NCBI RefSeq assembly: GCF_046119375.1 | Contig: NW_027362773.1 | Span: forward strand, 211,916,001-211,980,000 | Source of the DNA: Phyllobates terribilis | Taxonomy: Eukaryota | Direction: 5' to 3' | Length of the DNA: 64,000 nt | Shown: one piece after another, positions 1 to 10,300 of the stretch | Layout of the letters: each line of letters starts with the position of its first letter | Position numbering within the stretch: the stretch's first letter is position 1 | The notes under the pieces: model-generated | What the model saw: only the letters and a program-made list of their open reading frames with translations | Database searches by the model: none | What the model was told of the DNA's origin: nothing | Translations under genes and position numbers: made by a program

Positions 1-796
1 GGCACAGCCTTAACATATCCATAAAACGTTGTAACGGTACGGTGCCACCAGCCTCCAACTGTGAGAAAGGTCTACGAAGCCCCACCGCCGGCGGGAAGAG
101 GCTACTCAGATGACCAGATCCATAACCCATGCCAAAAAATACCGTAAAAACCCTGCAGGACGATATAAGGACAGGACGTCTCTCCTACCGGGCTGTTTAG
201 ATGGTTATTCCCAGCATTAATGAGATGTGCATGGCATTACATTTGTGGGATGTGATCGCAGTGGTAATTCTCTAATAACATATCGGGATTAGTGCAATAA
301 GATCCCTCCTCCTTATTTATAGATGGGGGTCTATACACAGCACTGGCACAAATAGCTTTTATTTAGGGTGTACTCTTTTAGTCATATCTAGTTTTGGAAA
401 GGCTGATTGACAACCAATATGGCCACCGACCAAAAAGGATGCCATTGACATGAATGACCGATCAGCTAATGCATATAGCGGTGTTCTGACTATCCCCGAC
501 AGCATATAGGGGTAGTACAGGATTACGCAGCGCCTCTCATTTCTGCATTGGGTATTGCAGTATAAGTGCCATGGCACCGCCCTACGTGCAGCAGCGTTAT
601 CTGAATGCAGAAATGAGAAGCACTTTACAACCCCTTTAATCCTGATCCTTTGTTCTCAGGGTTGATAAGGGGATCCTGGACGTATAATGGCGGCTTATTT
701 CTCTTTCCCATTGAGAAACATGACTGAACGGGCATGCATTTGTATAAAGGGGGTCGGACAAACTGAGCGATCAGCCCTAGTCTGTACTCTACATTT

Positions 797-1483
797 CACG
801 GTTCGTGAAGAAGGGGGCAGGGAAAACAAAATGATCAATAAACTCCAAAATGTATTAAAAAGTATAAAATTTTATTATTAAACAATAATCACAACAGATT
901 GGGGAACACGTGCACAATTCTGCAAAGAACACACAGGAACGGAGCAGTGTCATGACAGATAAACTGACACATGTAATAGTAAGAATAGTGTGACCACTGG
1001 GTCAGTATACTGGTAAGCCATAATCATCAATATCATTAAACACAATTGTGTCTACGGAAGTAAATACTGCATTACTACACGTGGATGCACCTTGGACTGT
1101 GCGTCCGCCCCGACGTGCGTTTTTAAATACCTTCGTCATGAAGGCATTCTGAAACGCGCGTCGGGGCGGACGCGCAGGTCCCAGGAGCATCCACATGTGG
1201 TAATGCAATATTTACTTCCATAGACACAATTGTGTTTAATGATATTGATGATTATGACTTACCAGTGACTTACTGACCCAGTGGTCTCACTATACTTACT
1301 ATTACATGTGTCAGTTTATCTGTCATGACACTGCTCCGTTTCTGTGTGTTCTTTGCACAATTTTGCATGTGTTCCCCAATCTGCTGTGATTATTGTTTAA
1401 TAATAAAATTTGATACTTTTTAATACATTTTGGACTTAATTCATCATTTTGTTTTCCCTTCCCCCTTCTTCATGTTCACTGTG
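797..1483. repeat. Long palindrome (arms about 340 bp) with hammerhead-like remnants at the centre; probable Penelope-like pLTR relic
   Basis: The arms are reverse complements centred near 1137. GAAACGCGCGTCGGGG at 1151-1166 has a mirror copy at 1107-1124. Confidence 0.7.
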
Positions 1484-3159
1484 ATGATCTGTCCATAACA
1501 GTCCCATATCCAGCAGCTACACTATCTTGCAGTTGTTCTATTATTTTACTGTATTATACTCATTATGCTGCTGTTTTCTATGAGGTTTTCTCAGTTCACG
1601 GTCTGTGCACGCCAATCTTCGGGTCTCATATATACCTATGAGGCTGGTAGTTCAAATCCAGTCCAGAAACTGGGGTCCGTGCATAGACTATGAAATGCAG
1701 ACGTTTGCAGCAGGCCTTTCGGCTAAGTTCACACGTGAAGCAAAATTTTGCGAAATTCCTGCAGATTTCACCCTTTTGCATTTAAGTTTTCATGAAATCT
1801 GCACTGAATTCAGCACGAAGAATTGACTTTAAATTCAGGCTAGTCTCAATTTCTGTGCAGAAATCTCTGCATCAAATGCGCAAATGATTGTCCGCAGATC
1901 GTATGAATATCATTAAGATCAAATTCTTCTGTCCACCTTCCATGGGTGTAATCTGCAATCCACGAAGCTTATGGTGGATACACTCAGAGCCGTCTTCTGA
2001 ACAGTATAATGATATATAATCCCTTTAAGCCTGCCATGCTGTGGCTATGCAATGCCTCCCCCCATAAGTGAGTGCAACTTGAACATTTGCTCAGGGCTAT
2101 GTCTCATCTCTGATGCTTCCATGTTTTCTGGTTTACAGGGCTTTATAATATGCATTGTATATCTGACACCAGCAGCCTCGGCTCCAGCTCTCAGGGTTTC
2201 CCCAATACAGGCGAGGGTTGGGTCGCTCCTATTACCTGTAATTTACAGTAATATGTGGACGATTCAGCAGCTTCACGTTGTGTAAGGAGGGTTGGGAAGA
2301 GATCGATCGTGTTTTGCAGGTTCCATTTTCATCCGTCCAACGAGAACTGTCCTCGGTCGTCTTCCACCACGTGCCATAAAGCAAACTCTCTATGCACATG
2401 GCAGGAGTCGGCAGGGTCTCTGCATGCAGCATGAATAAGGACAAGTTCCCGGGTCCACGTCAGTTCGTTTTAAACTTTGTACAGGTTTAGAATCTTTTAC
2501 AAAAAAAACTATTTATTTTGTAATTTGCATTTTGGAAATCGTTCTTTTTACAATGTTGATAGAATAAAAAGACGGATTCAGAAGAGACAATGTTCTTCTC
2601 CGCACACAATACTGGACCGGCATAGTCAAGATGTGTAGATTCTGCAGACATAATCCTATCAGCCATCACTTATACCTCCATATAGTCCTTAACGACACAT
2701 TACGTTTTTTGCCACCCTGGTATCAATGGAACAGCACAGAAGGGTTGTCCATGCTTTAAGAGTACTTTCTCCCACTGCAGATGAAGCCGAGGTCTAGAGA
2801 GAGAGTCCTGCAGGATTTTTGGAAATTACCTACCTATTGCTAGAGAGCAGTTCCACAAAAGAATATGGAAACATTTTTGTACCTGTGTTAAGGCCCAGGT
2901 GCGAGGTAAAGGGGCTCTAAGCCGCCACTCACTTCTGCGCTGATCCCGGATGCCCTTCAGGACGAGTGCATGACCAGCAGATATTGTGGACACGTCCCAG
3001 CAGACATCCGACCACACAATGTCATCAGCGCGGCTCACCTCCTGTTGTGGAAGTGCTGGAGAGCCCCTTTAAGGACCCAAAATTACAGCCTTATATGTCC
3101 CATATTACTGTTGTGTAAAATTGGCCAGATATCTGACTTTACAGACCATAAGCTTTAAC

Positions 3160-3473
3160 TAGTGATGAGCGAGCGTGCTCATTTAACCCTTTAAACGAGC
3201 ATGCTCAGGAGCTCGCCGAGTATTTTGGCCTGCTCGGCCTTTCTTTTACTGTCGCCGCAGCTGCAAGTGTCACTCACGGCTGATAGACAGCTGTGACACA
3301 TGCATGGATTGCCTGACAAACAGGCAATCCCAGCCTGTGTCACAGGTGTATGACAGTTGTGACACATGCAGGCGCGGCGACACTTTCATCGATGCCGAGC
3401 ACGCCGCAAATACTCGGTGAGAACCCGAGCGTGCTTGCCAAAGGGGTTAACAATTCATACTCGCTCAACACTA
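3160..3473. mobile_element. Non-autonomous hAT-type MITE
   Basis: TAGTG(A/T)TGAGCGAG termini, palindromic body and perfect 8-bp TSD GCTTTAAC (3152-59, 3474-81). Confidence 0.88.
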
Positions 3474-4328
3474 GCTTTAACCCTTTTCTGTACTGCCACG
3501 TGGACTTCATAGAGGAGGGTCCACCTGGTGTGAACACCACTCTATTACACAGAGTGGTTGTAGCGGTCCTGGTCCCTTATTTCCCATAAAATTAAATTAT
3601 TTAATGCAAGTGAGGGTTGATATTCTTTATAGCAAAATATATTATACATTTTATATATAAAAATCAGAAAATGTAAGGAAAAAAACACTTTAGTTTTTAC
3701 AAAATGCATCACTACTATGGCCAGTGTCCTCCCATTCCTGGACTTGTGAGATCAAAGATCTCAGTCATGGGTGTAAGAAATCCACATTACCTCCTCCTAT
3801 CATAAAGTCGTAGTTCAAGGGGTTGTCCAGTTCAAACAAGTTGTAGGTGGTAACTTATTGATATTAAGTGAGGGTCTGACCGCTGGGACTCACACAGGGA
3901 CCTTTTATGATTGGAGCGTCAGTGCAAATGCTCGACCACTGCTCTATTCATTCCATATGGGGATGCTGACTCTGTGCTTGGACTTATCCAGAAGCCCCAT
4001 AAAGAATGAATAGAGTGACAGTCAGGGGTCTGACCTGCTGCTCCATTATTTAAAAGGATAAAAGTTCCCATATTGGTGCGTCTCCCGACGTTCGGACCCC
4101 TAGTAAGTTGTGATTTATGTTGTAAATATTTGACAACCCATATAAAGAGAATCCCCCCGACTGAATATTTTACAGATGTCCTAATAACACACACACACAC
4201 ACGGTGCCACTACACCTACTGGGGGGGTCTTATGTGCCACGCGGTGAGCTGGAGGAATGACATGACAGACTCCAAAGCAGCTGTCTACTAGAACATCCTC
4301 TGGTCCCTAAGGAGTTCAGGGTTGCTCC

Positions 4329-7300
4329 TCACACTTTCTTGGGCACGCTGGTGATGATGGGTTTTGGGCGGGTTTTAAAAATGATCTTCCTCTTAATCAC
4401 CGCCGTTACATTGTACTTTGTCTCCGTCGCATCTCCCGTGTCCATCGCGTCCGATGAGGAGGGGCTGGCGCTCTTCACCAGAACAGCAAATGGCTTCTCA
4501 AGACGAGCGACTTTACCGTATAAGATGTGATGTCCAATGATAAGAACAGGAACCCCCTGGAGAAGGACAAAACAAAATAGCAATAAGCTCAGGGGAGGAG
4601 AAATATAGGACGTTAGTATATAGGGCATTCATAAAATGTTGCACTGGGCCCCTCCGTCTGATGGTCATGTGACACAGCACGGCAGCGTGTGTATTACTGC
4701 AGGTAAAAAGAAGCCAGAGGTCTGAAGATTCAGGATGCATATGACACCTAGTGGCCTCATATAGTATTACAGTCAAACACACATATATAATATATATATA
4801 TATTTATTTATTTTTTTTTTTTTTTACACTTTCCGTGGTTTGAAATATATCCCACAAATTAATAATTTTCCAAGCGTTATTAGACGCCTACACTAAGCAA
4901 TTACCAACTGTTACATCTCCAGGCAGAAGTATCTGATAATACTGTGAGAAACACCACGGTTACTTACCCGTAGCCGGTTTTTCCTGAGCCCATGACAGCA
5001 CACCTGGAGAGAGGGATCCGCCCCACCAAGGACAGGAAACCGTCTGAAATAAAAGGGCGGTACCTCTCCCTCGCTTCAGTTGTTTACAGAGCATTGAGAG
5101 GACCTCCCAAAGAGGTTAGGCATAAAACCAACACCTACAATATATATACATATATATAACACCCAAAACAGTGCACACCAGGGTGTGAGAAACAGAAAAA
5201 ATAGGGAGGGAAAACTACTGTCATGGGCTCAAGAAAAACCGGCTACCGGTAAGTAACCGTGGTGTTTTCCCCTCACCCATGACAGCACACCTGGAGAGAA
5301 TTTTGGAGAATTATGAGCACCCTAGGGAGGGACCACCGCCTGAAGTACCCTTCTCCCAAAGGTAAGGTCAGAGGAGGACAGATCCAACCGATAGTGTAGA
5401 CCAAGTAGCAGCTCTACATATCTGATCGATTGAGACGTCTGCCCTTTCCGCCCAGGAGGTTGCGACGGCTCTGGTGGAATGAGCCCTGACATTGTCCGTG
5501 GCCGGAACTCCTGTGGACGTATATGCTAGACAAATGGCCTCCCTAAGCCACCTAGAAATGGTACCCTTGGACACCCCATGACATTTCCTATTCCCCTGAA
5601 AGGCCAGGAACAAGGAATGGTCCTTCCTCCATACACTAGTCATGTTAATGTACTGTAGTAGTGATCTTCTAACATCTAGGTTATGGAATCTAACTTCTCC
5701 TGGGTTTTTAGGATTGCTGCAAAACGAGGGAAGCATAATCTCCTGGTTACAGTGAAATCTAGATACCACTTTGGGAAGGTATGCTGGATCTGGACGCAAG
5801 GTGACCCTATCATCATAAATTTGTGTGTAGGGAGGATTAACCGAAAGGGCCTGCAGGTCACCCACCCTACGAGCAGACGTTAAGGCCACTAAGAGGATGG
5901 TTTTAAGGGTGAGGATCTTTGGAGAGATATCCTGTAGGGGTTCGAACGGGTCACTGGTAAGTGCGTTCAAGACCAAATTCAGGTCCCAGGAGGGAACTCT
6001 TAGGGACCGAACCGGTCTGGCTCTGGCACAGGACTTGATAAACCTCGAGACCCACCTGTTCCCCGCCAAGTTACAATTATAGAGCGCCCCCAATGCCGAC
6101 ACCTGAACTTTAAGAGTCCCCGTGGCTAGACCTATGTCGCGCCCCTTTTGCAGAAACTCCAGGATTCCCCTGATTGGAGGCTTGTCTGATAATGGGGTCT
6201 CTCTAAATTCTAGGAATTTACTCCAGACTCTGTTATAAATTTTTGTCGTTATTGGTTTCCTACTACCCAGCAAGGTAGAGACTAACCCTGGTGAAAACCC
6301 CTTGCTACTTAGTAGTGACCTCTCAAATTCCACGCCGCAAGATGGAAACCTCTGGCTTGGGTGTGGAATACTGGTCCCTGAATGAGAAGGTCCGGCCTCT
6401 TTGGTAGAACCCAGGGATCTGAAACCGACATTAGTCGGAGCAGGGAGAACCAAGGCCTCTTGGGCCAAAAAGGGGCTATAAGAATTACCCTTGCGCCTTC
6501 CTCCCGAATCTTCCTCACCACTACTGGAACCATTACTAATGGGGGAAAGGCATAGGCCTTCCTGAACTTCCAAGGGATCTGGAGGGCATCCACGGCATGG
6601 GGACTTTCTGCTGGATTTAAGGAACAGAATCTGTCTACCTTCCTGTTTGCTCTTGTGGCGAACAGGTCTATGTCTGGCTGCCCCCATAACTGGACAATCT
6701 GTTGGATTGGACAATCGGGGTTTAAGCTCCATTTTCCCTGTCTTAGGGTATGGCGGCTGAGAAAATCTGCCTTTACGTTTTCTACCCCCTTTATGTGAAG
6801 GGCACTGAGGGATGGGAGGTGTCGCTCTGCCAGATGAAGGATTCTGTCTGCCACAGCCATCAGAGAGCGTGATCTTGTTCCCCCCTGATGATTCACATAG
6901 GCTACTGATGTCCGGTTGTCGGACCTGACCTGGAAGTGGGGACCCTGAATGTGAGGAAGGAAGCCTATGAGGGATCTCTCTACTGCCCAAAGCTCCTTTA
7001 TGTTTGAGGATGCCCCCATCTCGTGGTATGTCCAGTGACCCTGTATTGAGAGCTCTGCCAGATGACCCCCCCCCATCCGGAACTGCTCGCATCGGTCGTA
7101 ATCACCCGATCGACTGGTCTGGACCACTGTACGCCTGAGGTCAGATTTCCCCTGTCTGTCCACCACGAAAGGGAATCTACAGCTTCTGGGGAGAGAGAGA
7201 ACTTGCTTTCTAAATGCCCGTTGAAGGACCTCTGCGCTGACAGGACCTCCCACTGAAGAAGTCTCATATGCCCCTGAGCCCATTTGACCGCTGGGAGACA

Positions 7301-10300
7301 GGCCGTCATAGAGCCCAGGAGGGACATTGCCTCTCTTAGGGACATCACTGGAGATCGCATGGCTTTCAAGACTAAAACGAGCAATTTGCGGACCTTGTCT
7401 TCTGGGAGGAAGCAGGCTTGGAGATGAGAGTCTAGGATTAGACCTAAGAAAGTCTGAGTCCTTGAGGGGGTTAGTTTTGACTTTTGGGAATTTACCAACC
7501 ACCCTAGCTGATGCAACACTGTCGTGACTTCTAGAAGTTGACTGGAGCAGTGGACTTCTGATTTCCCTACTATTAAGAAATCGTCTAAATAGGGCACGAT
7601 CACTACGTTCTTGATTCGTAGAAAGGCTGTTACTTCCGCTATTAGTTTTGTAAATATTCTCGGGGCTATGGAGAGGCCGAAGGGTAGGGCAGCAAACTGA
7701 AAATGCCTCAGCTCTTCCTGAATGAACAGGGCTACTCTCAGATACTTCTGGTAGTCTGGATGAATTGGGACGTGATAATATGCGTCCTTCAAGTCTATTA
7801 CTGCCATAAAGCAATTGTGATGTAAGAGCTTCACTGCCGAGCTCACTGACTCCATCTTGAAGGTCTGATTTTCTATTAACTGGTTCAGACTCCTGAGGTT
7901 GATGATGGTCCTTAAGGACCCGTTGTTTTTTTTTTTTTTATCATGAACAGAGGGGTATAGAATCCCTTCCCTCTTTGTGGTATCGGCACTCCAAGAAGGA
8001 CTCATTTCCTTACTAGCTCTAATATCTCTGCTTCCAGTGTTATCTGTTCTTCCTGGACCTTCCTTTTGGGGGTAACCACAAAGGTCCGACAAGGGATCTG
8101 GCTGAACCGTATCTTCAGGCCACCACTTACAATGTTCAAAATCCAGGGGTTTGCTGTAATTGCTTTCCAAGCTGGAAAAAAGTGGGAAAGACTCCCCCAA
8201 CCTCCGGCATGGTGTCATTGGGAGGATCTCTTTGTATTTGAGGACGGTCCCCCAAACATATAGCCCGACTCCTTTTTGGACTTGGACTCCCATCTTCTCC
8301 TGTCTCCTGGAGGACGACCCCGATTAAATTTCCTCCTCCGAAAACCAAACCTTTTTGAGTCCCCTGAAAATCCTGGGAACCCTTTGTTTTTATCGCCCGT
8401 CTTTGCTAAAAGGTCTTCCAACTTTTTGCCAAACAGGAGTCTACCATCACACGGGAGAGAACACAATTTATGCTTTGACTGTAGGTCGCCTGGGCAACCT
8501 TTGAGCCACAAGGCCCGTCTGGCAGCATTAGATAGACCTGCTGCTCTAGCCGAAAGCCTGACAGAGTCTGCTGAAGAGTCCGCCAGGAAGGCCGATGCTG
8601 CCTGCCTTAGGGGTAGATTTGAAAGGATTCTATCCCTACAGACCTTTTTATCCTTAAGCTGGTCCTCCAACAGTTGGAGCCACACCATTAGGGATCTTGC
8701 CACACAGGTGCCAGCAACCGCTGGCTTCAGGCCTCCTGCTGCAGCTTCCCAAGTATGACGCAGAAAGAAGTCAGCCTTTTTATCAAAGGCATCTTTTAAT
8801 ACGCCTGAGTCCTCCAAGGGCAGGGAAGATTTTTTGGACGACCTGGCTACAGTCCCGTCAACTTTGGGGATCTTATCCCAAGGCTCAGAGTCCTTCTCTT
8901 CGAAGGGGTACCTTCTTTTAGAGAAGGAGGGTAAGGTCCCTGATCTTTCTGGTCTCTTCCACTCTCAGTCAATGAGGCCCTGAATTTTAGTGTTTACCGG
9001 AAAGGAGCGTCTCTTTCTTTCTCCAAGGCCCGCAAACATAACGTCTTCCCGGGATTTGGATGCTTTCTCCTCCCCCAGACCCATGGTTGATCTGACTGCT
9101 CTAACCAGTCTGTCCGTACTCTCAATGGGAAAACAGGGTCTACCGTTATCCGATGAGGAAGAGGATGATGAATCACTCAGCCACAGATCCTCGGACTGAG
9201 AGGAATCAGAGTTGGAGGAGACATCTCTATGGGATCTTTTCTTCCTTCTAAGCAACCCCTTCAGGGACCCCTGAACCTCTGCGTGGACTATAGACTTTAA
9301 ATTAGATGCGAAATCCAGGGAATTTTCCGCTATAGTTTTAGCAACGCAGTTCAGGCAAAGCGGCTTTTGCCAATCTATGGGAAGGGAAGTTTGGCATAGG
9401 GCACACATTCTGTGCTTTTGCTTGGCGCTACTCTTCTTAGGCTCCTATAAAAGGAAGCACATAAGAGACTTCCCATTACTAAAAGGTGACATTCAAGAAG
9501 ATCACTCACCCCTCGAAGTCACAAACGGGTACCGGATTCGGAGGCTGTAGCGGAACCGATGATTCCTTTCTGGATGGACCAGAGGCGCTTGACACCTTGC
9601 TCCTGCGGCTGCCACTGCGATTGCTCGAGCGGCTGTCGGTGTGAGAGGCATCCCTCTGCTTCTTCCGTTGCTGGGGGGGGGGTTAGCTGCTGCTCTTGGC
9701 TATCCTGGTCAGCCATGCTTCAGAAGCGTACCACGCTTTCAGGATAACCCCCTCCTCCTAAAATAGGGCCATCCAGAACCTCCTCCGGTTCATGGCCCTC
9801 CCCCCTTCCCAGGCCGGAGCTCCATCAAAAAAACCCGGCCTGAAACGCTTCACAGGGCGCCGCCATCTTGGATCGGGCGCCGCCTACTGACGTCATCTGG
9901 CACGCCTCTCCCAGCGTGCCCCGCGCCGTGATGTCAGACGCATCATACCCGGAAGTTACTGCGCGGCCGGCAGAAGCGGCAGGGGGAGGGCGGCACAGCA
10001 GTCTACGGGAGGACGGAGCCTGCCTCACCGCGTGCGCCCGCTCGGACGCAGGACCCCAGGGGAAGCTGCGGACGGCGCTTCTGGAGACTGGAACCCGGTG
10101 CACAGGCCAGTGCCCGCTCTTCAACACCGGAACAGCCCCAGGTAAGTCTTCTTTCTTCCAGACAGGTTCCCCATCAAGGACAGGAAACCAACTGAAGCGA
10201 GGGAGAGGTACCGCCCTTTTATTTCAGACGGTTTCCTGTCCTTGGTGGGGCGGATCACTCTCTCCAGGGTAGACGACTGAACACAGATGATATCCTGGCA

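Larger units (their letters stand above)
4949..10268 (-). mobile_element. DIRS1-type tyrosine-recombinase retrotransposon (DIRS-A) in CHTF8 intron 2, mildly decayed
   Basis: Inverted terminal repeats (about 5003-5080 vs about 10188-10268), internal complementary region about 5217-5298, and overlapping gag, RT/RNaseH/MT and YR ORFs. Confidence 0.95.

Noticed and set aside
1-4300. Exons of the expected neighbour HAS3 or another gene
   Set aside because: No ORF or exon with recognisable similarity; only short ORFs and repeats.
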